Assembly (NCBI GenBank): GCA_902767275.1
Contig: CACXGY010000006.1
Coordinates: 1 to 61,597, forward strand
Source of the DNA: an uncultured bacterium
GTDB lineage: Bacteria; Cyanobacteriota; Vampirovibrionia; Gastranaerophilales; Gastranaerophilaceae
Direction: 5' to 3'
DNA: 61,597 bases
Made by a program: the position numbers and the translations under genes. This document shows, one piece after another, positions 1 to 9,161 of this stretch (position 1 is its first letter; each line of letters opens with the position of its first letter). The notes beneath the pieces are model-generated. The model worked only from the letters and a program-made list of their open reading frames with translations, searched no databases and was not told the origin of the DNA.

Positions 1-57
1 TACACACAACCTACACACACTAACCTTCTACACACGAGGAATTACACAAAAAATTCC

Positions 58-88
58 AAACCGCTCATTCGAGAGTGGTTTTTTTTTA
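58..88 (+). terminator. Rho-independent terminator ending a transcript that enters from the left window edge
   Basis: AAACCGCTC (58-66) pairs with GAGTGGTTT (73-81), one G-U pair and a 6-nt loop, followed by a T-run. A second hairpin GGAATT(38-43)/AATTCC(52-57) precedes it. Confidence 0.6.
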
Positions 89-162
89 TTATGTAACAAA
101 TTTTTCATAAACTAACAAAATAAATCTGTCATCATTTTTAAACCTGTATGGAGGTATTAAGA

Positions 163-483
163 ATGAATATTACTGTATCCGATATTAATTTTGGTGTTAG
201 AGTTCCAAAGGTTAAACCTAAAAAAATAGAACTTCCTGACTTTTTTAGAGATAGTGAATTATTTGATTCCTCAAAAGATAAAGTTACGGATGAATACTTC
301 AAATACGGAGTTGATGATATCCATGCGGGAATAAATAAAATCAATGAAGAAAAAGACATTAGTCAGGAAATACTGGAAAGAAGTTATGAATACTATCCAC
401 CATACAATGATGTAGTTAAATTGTACGAAGAAAATACTCATTATGACGACTCACTACCTGATATATTTGAACATATCAGATAA
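163..483 (+). CDS. hypothetical small acidic protein (106 aa from ATG 163; ORF track starts at 148)
   Basis: Open frame 148-483. GGAGG at 150-154 lies 8 nt before ATG 163. A strong terminator follows. No recognisable motif. Confidence 0.55.
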   Translation: MNITVSDINFGVRVPKVKPKKIELPDFFRDSELFDSSKDKVTDEYFKYGVDDIHAGINKINEEKDISQEILERSYEYYPPYNDVVKLYEENTHYDDSLPDIFEHIR

Positions 484-512
484 AAAACGGGGCTATTAAA
501 TAGCCCCGTTTT
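484..512. terminator. bidirectional intrinsic terminator between convergent genes
   Basis: Perfect 12-bp stem AAAACGGGGCTA(484-495)/TAGCCCCGTTTT(501-512) with a 5-nt loop. The A-run and T-run allow function on both strands. Confidence 0.75.
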
Positions 513-513
513 A

Positions 514-2118
514 CTATTCTTTATCGAAATCATTTCCACCGACAATTCTTAGATGTCTATCTTTTCCTTCGCCAACGGAACTGCTTTCTAAGTTATGCTG
601 TTCAACAAGTGCGTGCTGAAGTTTCCTTATTTGTTGATTTTGAGGATTCAACTCAATCTTTTTAGCACCTGCTAATATTTTATCTATTGCGGCTTTGGCT
701 TCATCTAACGCACGTTCAGCATCATCATAATATCCATGAATTGCTTCCGGAGCATCGTCTTCAACGCAAAGAGCATCTTTTAATACCTTTTGAATTTGTG
801 CCATAGAATTTGTTTTGACAAAAAACACTTGCAATCTGTATTCATTTGCAGTGGACAAAATTTTTGCCCCACCCTTTGCAAAGTTTTTATGTGCGATTAC
901 CAAATCCGCATCATCAATATTTCTAGTTAATTCAGCGTTCAAATCCAATCTTTCAATTGCTTTTTCAACAATACTTCTTGATACTGCATATAAGTATATT
1001 TTCTTAATAGGTTTTACGCTTTCAACATAATCTTTTCTTGAGAAACTAAATTTTAAACTATCTTCAGGTTTTTCAAGAAGTTGAGTTTCATATTGATTTA
1101 TATGCTCTGCTAAAGTCTTTGCATTTTCTGCAATATTAGCATCTTCTTGAACTTTTCTGATTTCAGGTCTGATTGGCCAACCTCTTAAAATATAGTCTAC
1201 GGCTTCAGATGTATTTTTATATACAGCGAGTGTATTTCTATCAATAATTTCAATAACAATATCAAAAGTAGGCTGTTTTTCTCTTTCAAGAACAGTTTTT
1301 TGTGAAGCACGACGTTTTGCTTCATCATCACCTAATGTAACAGACTGAATACCACCGACCAAGTCAGATAATGTCGGGTTTTTAATTAAATTTTCAAGAG
1401 TGTTACCATGTGCCGTAGCAATTAACATAACCCCTCTTTCGGCAATAGTTCTTGCTGCTTGTGCTTCGGCTTCAGTACCGATTTCATCGACCACAATAAC
1501 TTCAGGAGTATGGTTTTCAACCGCTTCAATCATAATATCTTTTTGATATTCAGGTTGTCTGACTTGCATTCTTCTTGCAGAACCGATTGCAGGATGCGGG
1601 ATATCGCCATCACCTGCTATTTCATTAGAAGTATCAACAACAACGACACGTTTACCGAGTTCATCCGCTACTAAGCGAGAAATCTCACGTAATTTTGTTG
1701 TTTTACCGACACCCGGACGACCTAAAAACAGAATGCTTTTTCCCATCAAACAAAAATCTTTAATACAAGCAATTGTCCCCGTAACTACTCTACCTACCCT
1801 GCAAGTTAAACCGACTATTTTTCCCTGCCTGTTGCGTATTGCACTAATTCTGTGTAATGTTCCCGGCAGTCCGGAACGATTATCCGTTGTGAATTCAGGC
1901 AATTTTGACACGACTGAATCGATATCCTCTTGGGTAATCTCACCCACTTCAAGTTTATCAATCTTCCCGTCAGAATGTCTTATCTCGGGTCGCCGTCCGA
2001 TGTCCAGAACTATCTCTATAACATCTTCCATTTTGGAATGTGTAATCTGACTTTTAATCTTGTCAGGCAATACCGCTAACAATAAGTTAACGTCGTTCTG
2101 AAATTGTAGGTTGTTCAT
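514..2118 (-). CDS. ycf45: Ycf45-like AAA ATPase with C-terminal R3H domain (SpoIIIAA family)
   Basis: Walker A GRPGVGKTT and Walker B VIVVDEIG. Long conserved blocks (LHRISAIRNRQGKIVGLTCRVGR, NPTLSDLVGGIQSVTLGDDEAKRR) match cyanobacterial Ycf45 from memory. C-terminal DRHLRI is R3H-like. Confidence 0.85.
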   Translation of the reverse strand: MNNLQFQNDVNLLLAVLPDKIKSQITHSKMEDVIEIVLDIGRRPEIRHSDGKIDKLEVGEITQEDIDSVVSKLPEFTTDNRSGLPGTLHRISAIRNRQGKIVGLTCRVGRVVTGTIACIKDFCLMGKSILFLGRPGVGKTTKLREISRLVADELGKRVVVVDTSNEIAGDGDIPHPAIGSARRMQVRQPEYQKDIMIEAVENHTPEVIVVDEIGTEAEAQAARTIAERGVMLIATAHGNTLENLIKNPTLSDLVGGIQSVTLGDDEAKRRASQKTVLEREKQPTFDIVIEIIDRNTLAVYKNTSEAVDYILRGWPIRPEIRKVQEDANIAENAKTLAEHINQYETQLLEKPEDSLKFSFSRKDYVESVKPIKKIYLYAVSRSIVEKAIERLDLNAELTRNIDDADLVIAHKNFAKGGAKILSTANEYRLQVFFVKTNSMAQIQKVLKDALCVEDDAPEAIHGYYDDAERALDEAKAAIDKILAGAKKIELNPQNQQIRKLQHALVEQHNLESSSVGEGKDRHLRIVGGNDFDKE

Positions 2119-2417
2119 TAATTTATCATATCTCCAACAGAATTATAGCACATTTTCTGATTTTTTCATTTTATTTATAAATATTTTGATGATAAATCAA
2201 CTATTTGATTGACTACACGGGGTATTTATCTTTTTTTGTAGTATTAAGATTTGTGTAGTTGGATTTCAGGGTACAATTTACTCTAATGTCTAAGTTCCAC
2301 AAATCAGAACATTTATAACCCTTTATAACTTTTTGTAAAAAATATATGTTTTCACTAAAGTTTTTATAAAATCAACCGTTAATTACTTAGGATATGAAGT
2401 GTTAATAAGGAGTATTT

Positions 2418-2546
2418 ATGTTTAACGAACTTTTATTGCCGGGAACAATCAGTTTCAAAGACTCTTTTGCTATCTATATGGAAGGTATTAAAGATTTTTT
2501 TGAAGAAATATTATATTGTCTGGCGAAATTTGAACTAAGGTTATAA
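2418..2546 (+). CDS. candidate small protein, 42 aa (MFNELLLPGTISFKDSFAIYMEGIKDFFEEILYCLAKFELRL)
   Basis: Below the ORF-track cutoff. TAAGGAG Shine-Dalgarno 7 nt before ATG 2418. Stop at 2544-2546, followed by the terminator at 2559-2594. Confidence 0.4.
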   Translation: MFNELLLPGTISFKDSFAIYMEGIKDFFEEILYCLAKFELRL

Positions 2547-2558
2547 GTACTATTTATT

Positions 2559-2594
2559 AAAAAAAGCCCTTCTTTAACGGAAGGGCTTTTTTTT
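2559..2594. terminator. bidirectional intrinsic terminator
   Basis: AGCCCTTC(2565-2572)/GAAGGGCT(2580-2587) stem flanked by an A-run and a T-run, between convergent ORFs. Confidence 0.75.
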
Positions 2595-2606
2595 ATAGTT
2601 AAATAA

Positions 2607-2855
2607 CTATTTTAATTTAACTGAAACAGATCTCATCTTCTTTGTATATTCAAGTTTATCTTCTCTTGAAAGCCATCCCAATCCCATTTCAGTAAAGTTT
2701 CCATATAGGTCAAGATCTTTTTTCATTTTTGAGATTGATACTTCACCTTTGTCTGACAAATAATTGTAAATTAAACCTGCAGCATTAATAATTTCTTGTT
2801 GGATATCTGCATCTTGTGATAATGTTGCGTTACTTTTTCTTTTTAATAATGCCAT
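2607..2855 (-). CDS. small winged-helix protein, DUF2582-like (82 aa from ATG 2855)
   Basis: AAGGAG lies 6 nt before ATG at 2855; the ORF track extends to 2891. The segment AGLIYNYLSDKGEVSISKMKK...MGLGWLSREDKL resembles the DUF2582 wHTH family from memory. Confidence 0.6.
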   Translation of the reverse strand: MALLKRKSNATLSQDADIQQEIINAAGLIYNYLSDKGEVSISKMKKDLDLYGNFTEMGLGWLSREDKLEYTKKMRSVSVKLK

Positions 2856-2964
2856 TTTTGTCTCCTTAACTTTCATATATGTATATTCCAAACACGACTG
2901 TATAATTATAATATTTTAAAAAATAATTTTGTGCAACATAATTAATGTTAAAATATTAATTATC

Positions 2965-5900
2965 ATGATAATTAATAAAATTTCAGACAAAAATAATTCA
3001 AAAATAATTGCCGAAAAATACCTTGAATGGGTCAATTCAGGGGTTTCAACTTCTGATATTTTAGTATTAACTTTTAATTCGCAATCGAGAAAAAATATCC
3101 TAAAAAAAATCATAAAAAACGGTCAAAATATAATTATAAAAAATCCTAAAATTTATACATTCAACGGATTAATCTATAACTCAATACTTGATAACTGGGC
3201 AGATTTAGAAATCCTTATTTCAAATCAGAACACGTCAATATTACCAAACTTAAGCGGTTTAGAGGTTTCCCAATATCTGTTAAAACAAATTATTAATAAA
3301 AACGAAGTAAAAGGCTACAATTCTAAAAAATCCTTGTTGCACCAAATTTTTAGAAGATACTCATTGATTGTTAATAACAATTTAAACACCAATGAAATAG
3401 AATCAAAATCAGCAATATTAAAAGAATCTTTCAGTCGAGATGCAAACGATATAATACAAAGTTTCAAAGCAAAAACTATTGAATTACGCACCTTTGACTA
3501 TATTAGACAAGCACAAATATTTTCACATATTTATAAAAAAACAAATTATTTTAAACACATAAAATATCTAATAATAGAAGACGGAGATGAATTAACCCCG
3601 TTATGTCTTGACTTTATTTCAAATCTGTCCGAACAAATACTTGATAAACTAATTCTATTAGATTCTCATGGCGGAACGAGAATAGGTTACTTATGCACTG
3701 ATTATAATGCAGTTGATAAATTAAAAGAAATATTCAACGATGATATTCCGGAGATAAAAGAAGAAAAAGCGGATGCAAAAAATATTATACAAAATATTAT
3801 CAAAGATGAAAAAAATATTTTATCAACAGTATCCGTACAATCTTTATCAAAACGTGCAGATATGATTGAATCTGTCATTGATAATGTCAATACCTTAATC
3901 AAAAATAACGTTTCACCTGATGAAATTTCAATAATAACCCCTGTGCAAGACAAAATGTTAAAATTTATGCTTTCCTTGGGAATAAAAAATATAAAATTAA
4001 GATTTTTGTCAGGGAGCGAAAAACTTGTAGATAATCCTTTAGTAAAAGCAATTATAACCGTTTTAAAACTGTCTGAAAACATGGATATCAATAATTACGA
4101 TTTAAGGGTTATTTTTTCTAACTTTTTAAGGATACCCGTCAAAAATTGTAAAGAAGTGTTCATTAAATTTCAAGAATCAAATATACTTCCAAATATTGAT
4201 TTAGGAATATATGCTCCGCAATATAACAAGTTCTGCAAACTGATTGAAACTCTGCAACAATCACAAAAAAACTTATCAGAGAAAGCATATTATGCATATT
4301 TAAACATTATAAAAGCGGTTGATAAAACTGACTTAGCAAAATTCAACTTTTTCCTGAAAGAAATACAAGATTTTGAAAAAGTATTCAAAGAACATAATAA
4401 TACAACTTTAAATGAAGAAATCCTGACACAGATTGAAAACTCTATAATCTCTGAAAATCCATATACAACACAAGATATAGAAAAAGATGAAATAATAGTT
4501 TCGACCCCACAAAAAATAATTGACAATAAAATAAAAACCAAATATCAGTTCTGGCTGGATATATCATCAAATGAATGGATAAAAGATGACATAGGTCCAT
4601 TATATAATGCATGGGTATTTCAAAAAGATTGGAAGAAAAAAGAATATACTATTGAAGATAATATAAAACTATCAAAAGAAAAATTAGCCAGAACACTTAG
4701 AAAACTAATTCTAAACACGGATAAAGTTATTGCTGTGTCAAGCCTTTTTGACACTCAAGGAGTTGAAAACATCGGCGGAATAGAAAAATATCTTATCACA
4801 AAGACTAAACTCTCTACAAAAACGTCAAACAAAGAGTTCACAATAATTCCAAGAGAGGATCAAAAACCTGTACTTGAATATAAATCAGGACGTATGGCAA
4901 TATCAGCCGTTCCTGGGGCAGGGAAAACAACAATATTGCTTGCCCTTATTTTAAAACTGATGAAATACGATATAAACCCGGAAAATATATATGTTTTAAC
5001 ATATATGGAATCCGCAGCAAGGAATTTTAAAGATAGAATTAAAAATATCAATCCTGATGCGAATAAATTACCAAATATAAGTACCATACACGGACTTGCT
5101 CTTAGGATATTAAAAGAGAATGCAAATTATGAACGAATCGGTCTTAATCCTGATTTTGAAATATGTGATGATACTCAAAGAGGAACTATTATAAAATCAC
5201 TTGCCAAAAACATAAAAAAACAGGACTTAGAAGATTTTGACAGAGCGATATCCGTATTAAAACTCAGCGGAGTAAAACCGTCACAATCTGATGAAGCAAA
5301 GCGATTGATATCTTTAACAAAAGGCACCTACGATGATATGAAATTATCACGATTTTTAAAATTCTTTTATAATTATCAAATAAAATTATCTGCCAACAAT
5401 CTGATTGATTATGATGATATTTTAATTTCTTCGGTAAGATTACTCGAAGAAAACAATGACATACTTGAATATTATCAAGAAATATGCCAATACATAATTG
5501 AAGATGAAGCACAAGATTCATCCTCTGTGCAACAACGTTTAATAAGTCTTTTAAGCAAAAAACATAATAATTTAATAAGATGCGGCGACATAAATCAAGC
5601 AATCACAACAACTTTTACAAATGCTGATGTTGACGGATTTAAAAAATTCATTGAAAACTCTGACAGAGTAGATATGAATCGTTCTCAACGATGTACAAAA
5701 GGAGTTTGGGAACTTGCCAACTCACTTGTAAAATATGGAAACACTTCTGAAAACAAACCATTTTACGAAATATATATGAATCCGGTAGAAGGTAAAAACC
5801 CTATTGAAGAAAAACCTATTCATTCTAATATTTATGAAACTGTACAAGAAGAAAAAATATCAATTGTAAATGAGATAAAAACAATTCTAAAAATAAAACC

Positions 5901-6810
5901 TGATGCAACAATCGGAATATTATTAAGAAATAATTATCAGGTAAATAATTGGGCAGATTATATAAACAATTCCGGATTAAGTGCTATAACAAGGAATGAA
6001 TGCTTAGGGCAAAAGACAATATTCAGAGTAATTTTTTCTATTCTTAAGTTTATAACAAATCCGTTTGATAATAACTCATTAGCAAGTGCATATCGTGCAT
6101 TAGCAGAATGCGGAATATTTAAGTTACACTTAGATAAAATTATCGAAAACTATGAAACGGATTTTATATCTTTAGATAACGATGAAATTGCAGACTCGGA
6201 TTTATCCCGATTTCACTGGGATATGAACTACTGGCTTTCATTCCCGCATTTAACAATTGATGAATTAGCAATAATGATTGGACTCAATTATTTTTCAGGC
6301 AAATTAGAAAAATCCAATATGTTTTTGATATCAACACTTTGTGCAAAATTAAACACAACCAATTTTGAACAAACAGTTAAAAAACTTGAAGATTTATCAA
6401 CCAGACCTACATTAAGCGGATTCAAATTTTTCTCGGAAGATGAAGAAAGTGACATGACTAACGGAAAAGTACAAATAATGACCTTACACAAATCCAAAGG
6501 CGATGAGTTCGATTACGTTTTCTTGCCTGAAATGACAGACAAAAATTTAACATTGACTCCGGAAAATTTAAAAATAAAAAAATCATCTCTTTTTATGGAA
6601 AATGTCAGAGGATTAAATCACAGATACAAAAAAAAGGATGAAAACCAACTAAAAGACTTTTTAATCAGTGAGAATTACAGACTTTTATATGTCGCAATAA
6701 CAAGAGCAAAACTTCGTTTATATATTTCTACCCACAAAACCGAAACATATTACGGCAAAAAGAAAGATGTTGAACCGATTATAATAATGAGCGACTTGTT
6801 AAAACTCTAA
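2965..6810 (+). CDS. large UvrD/Rep-family helicase with a degenerate N-terminal helicase-like module
   Basis: The C-terminal half has motifs I (AVPGAGKTT), Ia, II (IIEDEAQDSS), III (GDINQAI), V (LHKSKGDEFDYVFL) and VI (YVAITRAK). The N-terminal half keeps Ia/Ib/II-like remnants (LVLTFNSQSRKNI, LIIEDGDE) but no P-loop. Start is uncertain (TTG 2929 or ATG 2965). Confidence 0.85.
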   Translation: MIINKISDKNNSKIIAEKYLEWVNSGVSTSDILVLTFNSQSRKNILKKIIKNGQNIIIKNPKIYTFNGLIYNSILDNWADLEILISNQNTSILPNLSGLEVSQYLLKQIINKNEVKGYNSKKSLLHQIFRRYSLIVNNNLNTNEIESKSAILKESFSRDANDIIQSFKAKTIELRTFDYIRQAQIFSHIYKKTNYFKHIKYLIIEDGDELTPLCLDFISNLSEQILDKLILLDSHGGTRIGYLCTDYNAVDKLKEIFNDDIPEIKEEKADAKNIIQNIIKDEKNILSTVSVQSLSKRADMIESVIDNVNTLIKNNVSPDEISIITPVQDKMLKFMLSLGIKNIKLRFLSGSEKLVDNPLVKAIITVLKLSENMDINNYDLRVIFSNFLRIPVKNCKEVFIKFQESNILPNIDLGIYAPQYNKFCKLIETLQQSQKNLSEKAYYAYLNIIKAVDKTDLAKFNFFLKEIQDFEKVFKEHNNTTLNEEILTQIENSIISENPYTTQDIEKDEIIVSTPQKIIDNKIKTKYQFWLDISSNEWIKDDIGPLYNAWVFQKDWKKKEYTIEDNIKLSKEKLARTLRKLILNTDKVIAVSSLFDTQGVENIGGIEKYLITKTKLSTKTSNKEFTIIPREDQKPVLEYKSGRMAISAVPGAGKTTILLALILKLMKYDINPENIYVLTYMESAARNFKDRIKNINPDANKLPNISTIHGLALRILKENANYERIGLNPDFEICDDTQRGTIIKSLAKNIKKQDLEDFDRAISVLKLSGVKPSQSDEAKRLISLTKGTYDDMKLSRFLKFFYNYQIKLSANNLIDYDDILISSVRLLEENNDILEYYQEICQYIIEDEAQDSSSVQQRLISLLSKKHNNLIRCGDINQAITTTFTNADVDGFKKFIENSDRVDMNRSQRCTKGVWELANSLVKYGNTSENKPFYEIYMNPVEGKNPIEEKPIHSNIYETVQEEKISIVNEIKTILKIKPDATIGILLRNNYQVNNWADYINNSGLSAITRNECLGQKTIFRVIFSILKFITNPFDNNSLASAYRALAECGIFKLHLDKIIENYETDFISLDNDEIADSDLSRFHWDMNYWLSFPHLTIDELAIMIGLNYFSGKLEKSNMFLISTLCAKLNTTNFEQTVKKLEDLSTRPTLSGFKFFSEDEESDMTNGKVQIMTLHKSKGDEFDYVFLPEMTDKNLTLTPENLKIKKSSLFMENVRGLNHRYKKKDENQLKDFLISENYRLLYVAITRAKLRLYISTHKTETYYGKKKDVEPIIIMSDLLKL

Positions 6811-7086
6811 CTATGCAAGTTTATCAAAGTGAATACCGTCTTTTTCCAAATTTTCTTCAAAAAGAGTTGAAGTACAAGAATTTATATCCAATAAAACACC
6901 TTTATTTGTAAATGTTATCGGATTTGGCTCATTAGGATTTTGAAGATTTACCCCGAATCTTCCTGCCATATACCCAATATTGATATAATCTTTTGCTGTT
7001 AAATTTGTATTATCTTTTTTGGGCTGATTAGTTTTTATAATATAAGTATTTCTTATTGGCATAGTGTTGTCGATTGAATTAACCAT
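6811..7086 (-). CDS. hypothetical protein, 91 aa
   Basis: Open frame only. It abuts the helicase stop. No motif recognised. Confidence 0.45.
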   Translation of the reverse strand: MVNSIDNTMPIRNTYIIKTNQPKKDNTNLTAKDYINIGYMAGRFGVNLQNPNEPNPITFTNKGVLLDINSCTSTLFEENLEKDGIHFDKLA

Positions 7087-7222
7087 ATAATCCTCACTTT
7101 CTTTTTTATTTTGTAGAATATTATAACAAACAAATCAAAAATAAAACCTTATGTAACAAAACTTTGTCACAATAGCAAATTATATTTTTATGTATTTTAA
7201 AATAAATATAAGAGGTTAAAAA

Positions 7223-7990
7223 ATGTATATAAACGGTTATACTCCAAACACGAATTATAAAGCAGTTGAACAAATAAGAAGAACGGAACAGGTGCAACCA
7301 AATCCTGTAGAGAATCAACTTGTTGAAAACAAAAAAGAAACTATAAATAAAAAGAAACTCGCAAAATACGCTGCAGGAGCAGCAGGATTACTTCTTGTCG
7401 GCTTGGGCATATATAAACACAAGCAAATCGGTTCGATGTTAAAAAATATCGGAACGAAAGTTGAAGAAAAAGAAAAAGTAATTATCCCTGAAGATTATCC
7501 TGAATGGGAACCGAAACGTAAGCCTAAACTTAATATAACCATTGATGAAAAGGGAAATATTCTTAGTATAGGAAATCAAAGTAAAAATAAAAATTCACAA
7601 CCGCATGTAAATACTCAAACAGGTGGAATATTTGATTCAGTATTTGGAGGAAGAAAAGCATATAACCCTACACAAGAAGCCCCTAACTATAACAGTCATT
7701 CAAGAAACGCCTCTGATTATGTTACGGATGCGATTGACACGGCAACCGATGTAATAATAATAGATGAAATAATGAGTAACGGAAAAAGTATATTTTCACA
7801 TATAAAAGATTCCTTTGGTACAAACACTGTATCAGAAGCAGCAGAAAACATCGGGCATGATATTTCAGGTGTTACTGATACGATTGCTGAATCCTCAACA
7901 GGAATCCTGGACTCGATTGCTGACGGAATCGGCAGTTTCACAGAAGGACTGGGAGATGCACTGGGCGATATATTTGACGGTATAGCATAG
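7223..7990 (+). CDS. hypothetical single-pass membrane protein
   Basis: AGAGG RBS. TM segment LAKYAAGAAGLLLVGLGIY. Acidic Gly/Asp-rich C-terminus. The N-terminus MYINGYTPNTNYK resembles that of the FliK-like ORF at 58849. Confidence 0.6.
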   Translation: MYINGYTPNTNYKAVEQIRRTEQVQPNPVENQLVENKKETINKKKLAKYAAGAAGLLLVGLGIYKHKQIGSMLKNIGTKVEEKEKVIIPEDYPEWEPKRKPKLNITIDEKGNILSIGNQSKNKNSQPHVNTQTGGIFDSVFGGRKAYNPTQEAPNYNSHSRNASDYVTDAIDTATDVIIIDEIMSNGKSIFSHIKDSFGTNTVSEAAENIGHDISGVTDTIAESSTGILDSIADGIGSFTEGLGDALGDIFDGIA

Positions 7991-7992
7991 AT

Positions 7993-8778
7993 TTATATTA
8001 TATGTGCATAAGATTGATAATAATCTGTAATAATATTGACGAGCATAGGTAAAATCCATACCATAATTGCCGCACCAAAAACAGGTTTGAATAAGAAAGA
8101 TAATTGGAACACGTTTACTTGAGGTGCAGTTTTAGAAATAACTCCTAATATAATATCCTGTCCCAATGTTGCCAGCAGCACGGGAGATGCTATTTGAAGT
8201 CCCATATATAATACATTTGAAGTCATTTTGATTAGATAATCCATGTTAACAATTTCTGTCAAAGGAATAGATGAAGCATATATAGGAAATATCTCAAAAC
8301 TTCTCAAAAAGGCATTAAATAACCAATACATTCCGCCAATTTCAATAAATATTATTATACCCATCAGAGATATTAATTTAGCAAGAATCGAAGTTTGAGA
8401 AGATGTTGTAGGCTCGAGTACCATAGCGGAACTCAAACCCATTTGCATATTAATCATATCGGCACCTGCATCTATCGCAAGAAGTATTAATTGAGCCATA
8501 TAACCCAACAATGCACCTGCAACATAATTCAATAATAGAGATAAAATAAAACTGTTTGTCGGAGGAGGAACTTCAGGTTTCCTCAACGCAATAAAGGCTA
8601 TAGTTAGCATTAGAGCAAGTGACAATTTTACCAATCCCGGTATTTCTTTTCTGTTCAACACAGGAGCAAGCCTAAAAAAGCCCATTACTCTGGCAAATAT
8701 GACAAAACCTGTTGTTAAATAAACTGCAAACAACGGGAAGGTGTGACTTAATTCGGAGATGATATCATTTGTAATCAC
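7993..8778 (-). CDS. fliR: flagellar biosynthetic protein FliR (export gate)
   Basis: 261-aa polytopic membrane protein at the last position of a fliP-fliQ-...-fliR operon. GTG start overlaps the upstream stop by 1 nt. Confidence 0.85.
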   Translation of the reverse strand: MITNDIISELSHTFPLFAVYLTTGFVIFARVMGFFRLAPVLNRKEIPGLVKLSLALMLTIAFIALRKPEVPPPTNSFILSLLLNYVAGALLGYMAQLILLAIDAGADMINMQMGLSSAMVLEPTTSSQTSILAKLISLMGIIIFIEIGGMYWLFNAFLRSFEIFPIYASSIPLTEIVNMDYLIKMTSNVLYMGLQIASPVLLATLGQDIILGVISKTAPQVNVFQLSFLFKPVFGAAIMVWILPMLVNIITDYYQSYAHII

Positions 8779-9140
8779 TATTCATTATCTCCCTGAGTAA
8801 AAACTTCCGGAGGCAAATCAACAGACAAAACTTTTATTGTTTTATCTCCTTTTATTTCTAACTTACCCGTATTAACCCTAACCTGATAATCACAAGTTTT
8901 ATTTTTTAATTTTATTTTTAAAGAAGTACAACCGTCTTTTAATGAGGTTACTATCAAAGATTTTTTATCATTCATCAACGTGGATAAAATATTGACACTA
9001 ACGATACTTTGATCCTGACAATCAACTTTTGTAATATTCTCAGGAGAAATCATAATACAACTGTCAGCAAACGCAAAATTAACAGGTAGCATCAATAATA
9101 AACTAAATATTAAACTCTTAAACAATTTTCTGTTTTTCAT
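8778..9140 (-). CDS. secreted small protein with pilus-N / secretin-N-like beta domain
   Basis: Signal peptide MKNRKLFKSLIFSLLLMLPVNFAFA. The segment SIVSVNILSTLMNDKKSLIVTSLKDGCTSLKIKL..YQVRV resembles the T2SS/T3SS pilus-N (CpaC N-terminal) pattern. Translationally coupled to fliR. Confidence 0.65.
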   Translation of the reverse strand: MKNRKLFKSLIFSLLLMLPVNFAFADSCIMISPENITKVDCQDQSIVSVNILSTLMNDKKSLIVTSLKDGCTSLKIKLKNKTCDYQVRVNTGKLEIKGDKTIKVLSVDLPPEVFTQGDNE

Positions 9141-9161
9141 TTTTCATTTTCCATTTATTAA

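Noticed and set aside
815-2050. Antisense shadow ORFs inside long genes (815-1030, 1459-1674, 1733-2050; likewise 3702-4091, 4290-4541, 4860-5087, 5264-5602, 11175-11552, 18913-19257, 19649-19972, 20839-21192, 47859-48182, 49968-50303, 55395-55715 and others)
   Set aside because: They lie entirely within, and opposite to, ORFs with clear homology. They have low-complexity translations and no RBS, typical of chance frames.
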